From Balanoglossus misakiensis (Eukaryota; Animalia; Hemichordata): DNA of 64,000 bases. Shown in pieces: positions 1 to 11,311 of the stretch (its first letter is position 1; every line of letters starts with the position of its first letter). The stretch lies in NCBI GenBank assembly GCA_040954595.2, contig CM082580.2, forward strand, positions 8,224,390 to 8,288,389. Direction: 5' to 3'. Position numbers and translations under genes: made by a program. The notes below the pieces were generated by a model. It was not told where the DNA came from. It worked only from the letters and a program-made list of their open reading frames with translations, and ran no database searches.

Positions 1-1614
1 TCCAGGCATCTCCGGCAGAAGAAGTAAACATTCTTTTTCTGTAAGTAGTCAGAGATTTACAATGACTAGCTGTCACTTTCTAAAGAGGAGCTTTCTCTCT
101 GCCATTCTTTCGATGCACTCTTTGACTGTTGTAAAAACCTTTTATCATGGTATTCATTAATTTACAACTGTTGCGTATATGTAATTGTTATGCTTTGTTC
201 TCACGCGCAGACCAAGTTTTTCACTCCGGGAAACCAGTCCCATCGTGAGCAGGCCAGGTACAGACCATTCTGCACTCCGGGCCACAACCAGCAGCCGCTG
301 CGCACTCCAAAGTCCTGCAGGCGAGGTCCTGTAGTGGAAGAGCCCGGCAGGATACTGGGAACGCCCGATTACTTGGCTCCAGAGTTACTCCTGCAAAAGC
401 CACACGGTAAGCCAGACCTGTCTGAGAGTGTTGAGGGGATGGAGATGCTTTTGTTTTTTTATCAGGTCCCATTTGGGCCATCCCAAGCAGAAAGGGGTCT
501 TATGGGAGTGTGTTACTTATGACCATAAGACCTCTTTGTGCTTGGGATGGCCCATTCGGTATACATTGTACATGATACATATACCATTGCTGTGTCAGTG
601 ATGCAGTGTACCCTTTAGACTGTTGCTCTAAGTAGTCAAAACCAGTCAATCCAGCCATGGAACAATTTTTCTCCTCCACAAACCCAGCACTGACTGATTC
701 ATGTTATATTCTCTTCCCTCTGTAGGTAAGGAGGTAGACTGGTGGGCACTTGGTGTCTGCTTCTTTGAGTTCCTCACAGGCATACCACCATTCAATGATC
801 AAACCCCGGATCTTGTCTTTCAAAATATTCTCAACAGAGGTGAGTCATCCTGGCTGTCTCGTGCACTGATCTGACAAAAAAAAAGTTTCTTTTGGGGGAG
901 TTGTGACCTTTGGTGATTGTGTAGTTAAGGAGATGAGTTGTTTTCAAACAAAAATTTATATTTTTTTCTCTCAGATCTATACTGAACTACAAACATTTAT
1001 TCGTACATTTTGAATATTGTATTTTAGACATTCCCTGGCCTGAGGAGGAAGAATCCCTTTCAAGCAATTCCCAGAATGCAATTGATATTCTGTTGAACCT
1101 TGACCCAGGTCAAAGAGCAGGAACTCTGGGTAGGTCACCGCATCATGTGTTTTTACTCCTACATAGCCTGATGAAAGGAGGCAATTTTGCAGAGTGTGAG
1201 ATGTACCGTAAGATTTTTGAGAACCTGGATTGTAGCGTTGAACGCTGATTATTTGTGTGTTTTATCATTTCTGACGACAGAATTGAAGAAACACGGTTTA
1301 TTTGCCAACATTGACTGGGCTCACATCCATGAGAAAACGGCACCTTTTGTGCCAAATCCCGATGATGCAACTGACACTTCCTATTTTGAAGGTATGTGGC
1401 TTGCTTTTTACATAAATTATGCATACTTTATACTTTACACATTTCTTTTTGAGGTCCTGGTCATTTGAATTTTTGTCTGTCATCAGTTTTAATACTAATC
1501 TCTATTTATCACTCCAGTTTTATCAATAATTTTCTCATTTTTTCCTTCATCTTATTTATTTTTGCAGCCCGAAATAACATGCAGAATCTTCAGGTATCTG
1601 CAATTGATCTTTGA
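1..1614 (+). CDS. MASTL: Greatwall/MASTL Ser/Thr kinase, 3' part (5' end outside window)
   Basis: GT-AG exons <1-40, 211-406, 726-839, 1028-1129, 1281-1391, 1568-1614 join in phase. They encode [55 protein letters not shown] and [27 protein letters not shown], the characteristic Greatwall C-terminal lobe and AGC tail. Confidence 0.95.
475..553. repeat. ~79-bp near-perfect inverted repeat (hairpin or tiny MITE) in a MASTL intron
   Basis: gggccatcccaagcagaaaggggtcttatgg (475-505) is the near reverse complement of ccataagacctctttgtgcttgggatggccc (523-553). No clear TSD. Confidence 0.75.
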
Positions 1615-2406
1615 GGATGCAGTGTCCACCACACCAAACGAGTATTTTTTGTTATTTTTGATCATGTGTTGGTTTTGAAAACCAAATGTATTGGTGCTAG
1701 CATGCCCCTGGTAGAGCAGGAACTGATTTTGAATTTTGCAATGAACTTGAATTACTGTAAAACTGCTGCAAGAATTTACACACATCATGTGCATTCTATT
1801 ATTTAAACCTTGGAAGTATTTTTTGCTATTTTTGGAATTCCCAAACTGAATTCGTTTTAAGGGAATAAAGCAGAAGCCATTTTGAATATTTTTGTCTGTT
1901 TGTAGTTGTTTATTTCTGTAGAAGTGTCCATGTTGACAAATATGGGCCCTTAAGATTCTGTTGTTTCCCATAACTATTTGTATATTCTTTCTATGTTTGA
2001 AATGTTTGCCTTTACTGTGCCTAGACAAGTTTTGATCAAATTTGTTTTATTATAACATAATATACAGCCCATATACAGTGGGCTGTCTTAAAATTATGTA
2101 CAATGCAGATCACGGTACAGGTAACGTTTTGTGAAAATTCTTGTATTTTAATACCACTCTGTGCGGCAGTAGGACTTCCTCAATATATATGTACAAGTCT
2201 TCAATTATGATGTACAGTACTTCTTGTGACATTCACAAAGTCTTTCAGGATACACATGATACATGTGTTTAATAGTGCTGTCTCCTAACAAGAAATGAAA
2301 CTCAACCCTGATTAATCCAATTTTTTTCACAAGTTTGATCCACATGGATGACAGGGGTCAATTCTGACTATACACTTTGAAGTTAGAACTGCAGATCCCA
2401 AAAACA

Positions 2407-3449
2407 TTAGCTTTTCCAAAAATTGGGATTCAGCTGAAGCCTCCTTTGGAAGTTGGTGAACCACTTCTTGAGGGCGCTGCTCGGCACGAAAGTTTCGTCC
2501 GGCTGCGGCACCATCTGCGACTGGGTCACCGCGAAGGAGGAGGCGTAGTTGTAAAAGTTCTCCAACATCTTGGTGGTGAATTCGGTGAAGCTGTCCACTG
2601 AAGATGCCTGGCGGTGTGAAAAGATGACAAGACATAATTTCCTCTCTGCTTTCAATGGTCAACAGGGTGTTATTTGGTAGCCTAGGTGTTGATGATATAA
2701 CTTAGGGAGTGAGTAACCATACATACAATTTACATACATGCATATAGTACCTCACCTGTACCCCAGCAGCCGGTGTCTGTTGCACTATGCTGCTCAACGG
2801 TTCCACCGAGATCCCTATCTGGGAAATAGTGTTGCTCTGAAAGTTGGACTGTGCGGCCATAATGCCGAAAGGACCGGATTTGATCATATCCTCTGCAAGA
2901 GATGCATAGTTACAGAACAATAAAAAAAATTCATATGATTAAAAGCCAAATGTAGGCTTAAGTGCCACACATAGCTGTCACTTTGAAATGTGATGCCGTC
3001 ATATTGTCATAGAAAGGAAACAGACCTGGCTTGATTTTTGTGACCTTGAAAATTGCACTTGGCTTTTGGTTGGAGATGTGACCGAGTAGCTGCCACTGGG
3101 GGCCCTCTGGGCTGGGCCAACTGAAGAAGACGGAACCGCCATAGCCGTCCGGAAAGGGTACAGTACCAAGGAGGAACACTACCACATGATTGATGTTCTC
3201 CGTGTTCTCAATGTTAAATACAAAATGCGTCTGGTCAATCTGCTGTGCCTCCGTTTGAATCTGTGAGTAAAATATATTAACAAACGGAATGATGAAATTG
3301 AAATATATGAAGTAATGTACATCATTACTCGCGTTTCCCATCAACCACGCATGATAGAAGAGAAGGTTCAAGAACAACATCAACTTTCAAGTTGGTATGT
3401 GAATTATTCCTTTACTTACAAGTCTGCCCGACACGATGCATCCGAACAT
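2407..3449 (-). CDS. HIKESHI: Hikeshi (C11orf73/OPI10 family) Hsp70 nuclear import carrier
   Basis: Exons 3449-3420 ([10 protein letters not shown]), 3260-3026, 2892-2756 and 2607-2407 join in phase. Motifs: [79 protein letters not shown]. Confidence 0.96.
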
Positions 3450-4177
3450 GGCCAGTGACTCTGGTCCTCACACCATCCACAAGTTTACGTGTAGTTTAAT
3501 AGACTGACTGTACATTCGTACGTAAACAGTGTTCTGCTAAATTACTTCCGGGTTTATGTGACCTTTCACCGTTGACCTATGATCTGGTGGGCGCGGGGCA
3601 CGCACGATTCATCGATGGCAGGGTTTCGTTGTTTTTCAATGTATTTTTTTCGCCGTTCTGGTCGTTTGAATGAAAAATAAACTACTGTATAGTCCAAATG
3701 ATCTACCCATTTGTTATTTCCCCTCGCTCTCTCAAGGTCACCTTCAAAACTGAAACGCGTTGCGATCTGGCGGGTAAAAGACGTCGATAGGATTGGTCGC
3801 ACTCATTACACACGTGTTCACCGTGGCAACCTTGGATGGCTTCGTAACAGCATTTTTTATTTGGTATCACCATGTCAGCCACACCCACTTGTGGCTTATC
3901 ACGGAGGGATTCACCAATCACATTAGCCGGTCTATTATGGCGCTCATGCTAATGAGATGCCCGTGTGACGTATGATGCGGCATCTACCACATTCTATTGT
4001 CCCGCAATTTCCCGGTCCACGTTGAGAGTATAGGGTGAATGTATGGCGTGTAATTTTTACGATAAACGCGTATAACTGTGAATTCTAGCAATACCAGTTA
4101 CTGTCTACATACTGCAACTTACTAAGTCGTTATTGGAACGAATTCAAGGCCGGGTTAGGCCGGAAAATAGGCTAAAA
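3450..4177. promoter_or_regulatory. Probable bidirectional promoter HIKESHI/FAM199X
   Basis: Head-to-head ATGs about 730 bp apart; CpG-rich; ETS-like ACTTCCGG at ~3544 and CCGGAA at ~4160. Confidence 0.55.
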
Positions 4178-7100
4178 ATGATTGCCGAATCCAGCGTTAC
4201 GCTATCGAGGTGAGTTCCATACGGTCACACGCCTGCATTTTCGCTCGTTTGCATATGCAGGTCGACAATTTCTCGCACTGCTTCTTGTACGTTCTTGATA
4301 GAAATGAAGATTAACCTTGTTTTCTAGCAGTACGTTCCGGTTTCAATTTCACGTTCGACAAATAGGTGTTTGACTGTCTCTTTTCGGATCGTCCTCGGGG
4401 TTGTCAGAAACCGGAAGCCGAGTATGGACTGAGTCATTTTCTCTGCATGCCCCTTTGGGGTCGTGTGAATCTCATTTGCACCCAGTCGATAGTCGTCAGC
4501 TGTTTCACTAATTATAATGCCTCCTGTACTATCTCAACAGAATAAAATGCAACGCTTTGTCTCTAACATTATCACTCATATGCAGCTTTTTATTGAACAT
4601 ATGTGCATTGGTCTTGTTTACACGACTCCTTCCCTTTCAATGAAATGAACACGAGAAAAACATCGACGTGGCGAGAATGTCTGAAAAAAAGCCCATTGAA
4701 ATCGAGTCGTGGCTGGTCATGCAGTCCAGTTGGCGGGACACCAGCCCCGCTATTTGCTTAGAATTCCGTCAGCAACACAGCAGACGAGCTGCAGCGATAA
4801 ATTCCGCTCAAAAGTCGTTCAATTACAACAAACCCCCTCGCGTATGTCTGCCTAGACTGAGAACCCCACCCCCTGTCTGGGTTCAACTTTGCTCTGCAGA
4901 GCTGGAGAGTGCAGTTCGTTTCGATATCGAGCGAACCAACCCGTGGCCGCCCACATGTGACACATGCAACGACGGAACGTGACTCTGGTTAAATATTATT
5001 ACGTTGTCATTGGTGTAGACACTAGCTCGCCCGCAGTCGACTTACGAAATGTTATCAAATGGGCGTTATTCCCACGACTTTGTCTCGAATGGAACTGGCG
5101 GGGAATCCTTAGTGGCTTCTTGAGCTCCCATATGCCAAGGTCAATGCGGTCAATGTCAAAGCATGGCTGCACTTCTCTCTGTTGACACATATCACATGTA
5201 TGACCGGCCAATAGCATTGTAGCAGCTATTTCAATATTGCACACTTGAAATTACAAATTCAGTGTTATCAAGCTGCAATTACACTCCTTTCTAATGTCTC
5301 TCTTATTCTCTCGTTGCAGCAGTCCATGGAATATCGAACCACTGTTTTCCAAGGAACACCAGGCAGAATTTTTCAATAAGTACATCGCACCATGTGGAAG
5401 TAACGTTGACATGGACATAACTGCAATTGAAGCAGAAATAGAAAGGTAGGAACTAGGATTCTGTGATGCCACTGTCTCAAAAGACAAAAACATTGCATAT
5501 TTATAAATTCATAATAGACTGTTATGTGTAGATTTTGATGTTTCTTCTAGCTTTCAAAGTACTGCCCTCGCAACATGTCAAGACAGAGCACACTTGTCCT
5601 TTTCGATGTTAAGCCAGACATAACCTTGTTGCATATTGAGTGTAAATTCATGACATAATAATTTTTTTCCAACTTAATATTCCTGTGATGAATTGCACAG
5701 CAAAAGGTAGCAGACCAAATATGGCTTTGAATTTATTTGTTTGCGGATTTGTGTCAACTCTGACATTCAGATTCTCTGCGAGTCCTTTTTTTGTTGCAAT
5801 TAGCTTCGTGATCCAGTTGATTAGATCGGCCTCAAGACCTGTTTTGGTATTTTATTAGCTTGATTTGTGCGACAAGAAGGGTAATGTAGTTGCCCCACCC
5901 TGTTATATAAGCACCCGGTAATTTCTGAGGAAGTGAGTGGGTCTTGTATCCTGTTCATGTACAAACCACAAAGAACTGAAATCAAGAATGCCACGTTGGA
6001 TGTTTTGAATTCTTCCCTGCTGTAAAATTCCCGACATTCCTCAACAATCATAAATGATCATACACCTTATTAATTTTCTATGGACCCTGCGAATCATTTA
6101 TCGACATCGCAAGCTCTTAAACTGGGGTCAGGGGTCGGAATGGCTACTGATTCATTCTGAGTGACTTCATGTGGTTTAAAATTTAATGCGTTAGTCAGGT
6201 ACTCGAATCTTATATTATGTGCATTTTGTGTAGGTCTAGCACCAGGTGAAATATAACATAAGCACATCTTGTGCATGCTAGTACCAGTGTTGTACATTTT
6301 GGCATTTGCAATTCAAGTTCCGATTGCATGGACAATGTCAATGATATTTTTATCAAAGCCACACTTTTTCTGTACATGAGGATACGTAAATAGCTACGTA
6401 TTGTTATGGCCGAGTTTAGTTGCTATGGTAACTGAAAATACACAGTAGAGCATTTGGCGAGGTTTCAATAAATGACTTGGAAATAGTAGCAGGCAGTAAT
6501 TGTGTCTGTCCAGGAAAAAAAAAAATTAATTCCAGGAATTTCTATAGCACAAGAATGTAAGTGACGACAAGGAAATATGCTATATAGCCATGGCGTGAAG
6601 CATTACTGTTTTTGCTGATGCAACGTAATAAATTATCCAACATGCTGTCTTCTTTTGCTTGACATAAATATAACTTACCCCTTTGAGGGACGATGTTATG
6701 ATTTAAAAAAATTGAATATCATGAATTGCTTTCCAGGGTAAAAAGCCACAAGGAGGCAGCACAGTCCTTGAAGATATCAGGTTCATCGTGTTCTGGGAGT
6801 GTGGCCAGCTCTGAATGCAGTGATGATGCGTTTATTGATGTGGTGGACGTGCAGAGTGACGATCTGTTTAGTTCTTCTGATAACGACTACATCTCGCATT
6901 CCATATTGAACATCCTAGATGAAGGAAGTATCACAGGTAAGAGAGGATAGACCGGTGCCTGTTGCTAAAATTTGTTGTTGATTTTTACGACTGTTTTAGC
7001 TCTTCTGGTTACAGAAATATAATATCAGTATGATATCAGTCACTTAAAAACTAGATTTATTGCTTCTGTTCATTGTATTTTTTTTAAATATTTTTTTCAG

Positions 7101-9669
7101 TGTGAAAGTGACACACATTGAAGTGGTAATTTGCAAAATGGACTGACTGTATGAAAACTGTGCTGAATAAAATGTCAGCAAAATATTTTTTTTGCATTGG
7201 AGCAGACTTTGCTGTCTTCATCTCGTGATTGCAAAGTTTATTGCCAGTGCTAAATTAAAACTCTGCAAAGTATAACTACCGAACCTCTTGATGCCGTGGA
7301 AGTTTGGATTTAAGCTCTGCAGACAGTAACATCTTCATTCACCTTTGGGAATGAGCAAAAATAGACAGTGTGAAACCTGTGCTGAATAAAATGCCAGCAA
7401 AAAACGCAAATAACATCTCTAGAATTTTATGTGTTTCAGGGTTTTAGTAAAAATGTGTTTTCTTGTGTGTCCACGATGCAGATAGCGTATCACTGAGCAC
7501 ATTTGAGTGGACAGACAATGACTTGGACCTTCAGGTTGCGAATAACGTCGAGGTGTGTAATAGCAGTGACTCCCAGTCCGACACCATACCCAGCATCCCT
7601 AGCTCACCCACGTTGCCGAGGAAACGCAGGAAAATATCGGATGACGCACAATGGTAGGGTATTGTCTTGTTTCTCAATGGGCCTGTTAGTGTTAGTAGTC
7701 GGTGCGCTGTGTGCATGGTTACGTCGGCGTGATTGATGTTTATCAAGTTCTGTCGCGGAACAGGAGGCAGATGTGAAATTCGGTCGTACCTGAACCCGGA
7801 CACTGAGTTCCAGTAACCTTTGACCCTACTCAACAGCTGGGCCTGTTTCCAGAGAAATTAGGCCGTCGATTGGGTCACAGGCAGGTGGTCCTTGCGTACC
7901 ACGAGCGAACTCTGAATGTGTGATCACACAGGCAAAAGAGCAAAGTCCACTTGTGTGATATTGGCTGAAAAATTTCGGCTCATTTGAGTCCTGACATAAA
8001 TTATCAGTAACGAAAATGTAAATACTTGAAATATATACATGGGCTCAATGATAAGGTGACATGATAATTACAAGGCACAGCTGAACATGTTATAGTTAGT
8101 AGGACAAGAAAATGAAGAGTGTGTAGCCCATGTGGCACTGGAGCAGACTTTGCAGTCTTCACCACGTGACTGCCAAGCTTATTGTCAGTGCCAGAGCAAA
8201 CAATTGCAAAGCATTTACCACCAAACATCAGAGTCAGTGGACGTTTGGTTTTAAGCTGTGCAGACAACCGATTGTCATGAATAAAAAAAAAATCTAAGTC
8301 AGTTACTAAGTGAATGTCTCTTGAAATAATAATTAGGTTCATCTGTCCACATGTTTTTTTCAACAATTTTACAAGCAAAACACATGCCAGGAACTACTTT
8401 TAGAGGTAAACTGAATTGAGGTCAATTTGGTTAATTTCAGGACAGGAAGATAAAGTGTTCAATTCCAGTCAGTAACTTTGACATTTTCTACCGTCTTTTA
8501 CAGGAGTAATTTGAGTTTTGACGACAGAGTAAGTTTGGTTGAAAATCTCGGCCAGACAATAAGTAAAGAAATGGGGCTTAGAGAACAGTTGGAAGTCATC
8601 CGAATTATTAACCCCAATGCCGTTATTTTACCAACGGATAGTGAATTTGTAATAGGTGAGTCAACTGGTATGCTGATATATTTACCGTAAAATGGGAAAT
8701 TTTCGCAAAGGATAATTTTTTGCAAACTACGTGAGAGCAAAAAAAAGTGAAAAGTTTATCGTAGGAAAATTCTTCAAGAATTACTCTTCAACAGTGCGAG
8801 AAATCTAGATGCGTTGTTTGTGTTGTATGCAAATCCAAAGGCACAATATAGTTACTTATTCCCGTCCCATCTCTTTCACAGACATTCAATCATTGAACGA
8901 TGAGAAACTTAAAAGGATACGACAGTTTGTGAAAAAGAACAGCAGTAACAACAACAACAACTGTAAAAACACTGTCTCCAGAAATGCAAGGAAGTCGAGC
9001 GACGAAAGCTCTTCCAGTGAAAGCAACTCTTCACAAGAAGTCCGAGTCAAACCTTCAAAGGTATTTGGAGATCATGTCCTTTTTTGCTTGATAGGCGAGA
9101 AGGCGTGAAGCCAGTCCTAGTACAGTGAACTAGTCAGTAGTGGCCGTCTTGTGCTGAGTGTCTCTAAGACTTTGTTTATTTCTTTGAAGAAACAAACAAG
9201 GGAAAAAAGGAACCAAATGAAAACATTACGACAGCGACAGAGAAAGGAATACAGGCAAGCCATGAAGGAGAAAAGAAGTGGACTGTTCCGTAAAGAAGAG
9301 GTAGGATGATGTTTTTGCAGATCTTGTGTTTGTCGAGTAATTCCTGATACCGTCCATTCTGTAGTTATTAGTGGCAATCTTCAGCCGATTTTTTTTCTGC
9401 ATTGGAGCAGACTTTGCTGTCTTCATCTCGTGATTGCAAAGTTTATTGCCAGTGCTAAAGTAAAAATGCAAAGTATAACTACCGAACTTCTTGATGCCGT
9501 GGAAGTTTGGATTTAAGCTCTGCAGACAGAAACAACTTCAATCAGGTTGGTAACGCGGAAAACTATATTTGCTTTGAGTTGGCGTATAATTTTATTCTCA
9601 CTGTCTCTGTTTCAGGTTGTGTCATTGACTATATGTGAAGTCGAAGAAGAAGACGTGGATATAATATGA
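4178..9669 (+). CDS. FAM199X: FAM199X (CXorf39) homolog
   Basis: Exons 4178-4209, 5320-5445, 6737-6936, 7482-7653, 8504-8655, 8882-9060, 9190-9300, 9616-9669 join in phase. Motifs [66 protein letters not shown] and RQRQRKEYRQAMKEKRSGLF..EEVVSL..DVDII match FAM199X as I recall it. The first two exons are less certain. Confidence 0.9.
7193..7328 (+). ncRNA. Intronic box H/ACA snoRNA, copy 1 (FAM199X intron 3)
   Basis: Hairpin-hinge-hairpin-tail: stem tgcattgg/ccagtgc, upper stem actttgc/gcaaagt, H box AAATTA, second hairpin, ACA at 7323-7325. The 3' pocket (TATAACT + TTTAA) complements the conserved 18S sequence UUAAA-UC-AGUUAU. Confidence 0.85.
7706..7998 (+). ncRNA. Candidate long structured H/ACA-like RNA (FAM199X intron 4)
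   Basis: GC-richer island with nested helices (ctgtgtg/cacacag, gagttc/gaactc, tgaccc/gggtca, ggcct/aggcc, gtggt/accac), then AGAGCA (H box), a hairpin ggctgaa/ttcggct and ACA+3 nt. Family not recognised. Confidence 0.4.
8133..8269 (+). ncRNA. Intronic box H/ACA snoRNA, copy 2 (diverged; FAM199X intron 4)
   Basis: Paralog of copies 1 and 3 with pairing-preserving stem changes (ggcactgg/tcagtgcc; accaaac/gtttggt), H box AGAGCA and ACA at 8264-8266. Confidence 0.82.
9398..9531 (+). ncRNA. Intronic box H/ACA snoRNA, copy 3 (FAM199X intron 7)
   Basis: Nearly identical to copy 1; H box AAAGTA, ACA at 9526-9528, about 85 nt upstream of the 3' splice site. Confidence 0.85.
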
Positions 9670-11311
9670 AAGCTCAATGAACTCCAGAATAGTACAGAAA
9701 CTTAAAAAAATGACTTACAACAAAAATTGTTTTCTGATAATTTTATACAAATGCAAGGAGTGTCGCTCAGAAAGCTTTGACAGGGTGATAATTTAGAAAT
9801 GGTGCTTTTTTTTCGCAATACACACACAGACCTTCCCATGTAAAAATTAAGAATCTGAGATGGCTGCCGAATAGAGCCAGTTGTTCATAATTCAATGTTG
9901 CAAACTTTCAGTGTTTGGGACTGTATCTCAGAATTTTGTTTATAATAAGTGATGTGAGATCTGAGAAAATGAGTTTGAATGAATCAACTAGTGATTGTTT
10001 TTGACTTGGATGAATTTTGAATGAGATCGAAGCTTTTTCATTGTTGATTAGAGCATGTGAACTGTCAATCGGATGGGAACCATGAGACTTGAGACTGGCT
10101 CTATTTATTGTTCATTTGGCCGAATTCCATAAATGTTTCCTCAGTATGGTTTTATAATTGCATGGTGATAATGCAATGTCTCATGATTTCTGATTTGTCA
10201 AAGCCAATCTTTTTCGAAAATGCTGCTCATATTGTAGCAAGATTGGTGAAGCCATTTCGAGGTCCACCATCGTCCCACCTCTTCATTTGCAATGAAATAA
10301 CGTGATTATTGATTTCATAAATTAATAGGAATATGAATTCGGAAAAAGGTTTGGACAGCAAGATTTGGCTGATAGGCGACCATTTTGTACCTTCGTGTCA
10401 ACTTTGACCAGTAAAGGTCTGTTTCCTGTATTGTGACGTTAGTTTTCCTGAGGAGTAAATTTCTGAGCGACAACTCCGTGTATAGCAAACCAGTAGAGAA
10501 ACAGCCAAGCCAGGGTCACATTTTTTAGATGTCTTTATACATCAGTGAGTGTGAACGTTGTCCAATATTCTGTGTGGCCAGGTCTTGAATAGTTAATCAC
10601 CTGTAATTTACATAATTCCCATTTATGGTAAAAAGAGGGTGTGTCTAAGTGATCCTATTACCGCGTGGTGCTGTACTATTTCTACATATGTAGCTAGCAT
10701 CATGCACTAGACGTGTAGTGAGGCATATATTTTCAAGATAGGAAAAAGCAGCCAGCAGGTTTTAGGAATAAACAACTCTGAATGAAAAAACCCAGCTGTG
10801 AACGTATTAATCTGTACAAAACTACAGATAAGTTTGCCGTTAGTAACAACCATCGCCTGCCAGTCGGCTGTGTAACACCCAACTTTGTACAGTGTATTAG
10901 GTCAAGCCCTAGCTACATAGGATGTGCTGTTGAATCAACTATCACACTGGAACTTCTCGAGAATCGCACAACATTCTGTTCTTCCAGCAATTCTGGAAAA
11001 TGGGCCGAGCTTGATAAAAACAATAAAAATTAAAATTTGAAAAAAAAAAAATTCTGTTGTATGTTTTGAGTTGTGATTGTATGGGTTGTGGTAGATATCC
11101 AATAGTAATTGATGACATTTGCAACCTAGCTTCACAAAAACAATGACAATGTTCAGCCAGATACAGAGAATTCTTACTAAGGTGGAGCAATACAGATATT
11201 TTACGAAATATAATAGCTTTTGAAAACGTTTACATCAAGAGATACAACTTGGCAGTTGGGTCCTTATTTAACTTCACTGAAGACTTAAAATCTTGACTAG
11301 AATGTCCTCGC

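Noticed and set aside
5317-5322. CAGCAG tandem acceptor in FAM199X exon 2
   Set aside because: Common NAGNAG site affecting one Ser; not notable without expression data.
7706-7998. Telomerase RNA, U17/snR30 or RNase P/MRP identity for the structured intronic segment
   Set aside because: No CUAACCCU template or pseudoknot nearby, no U17 m1/m2 motifs, and no complementary P4 CR-I/CR-V pair.
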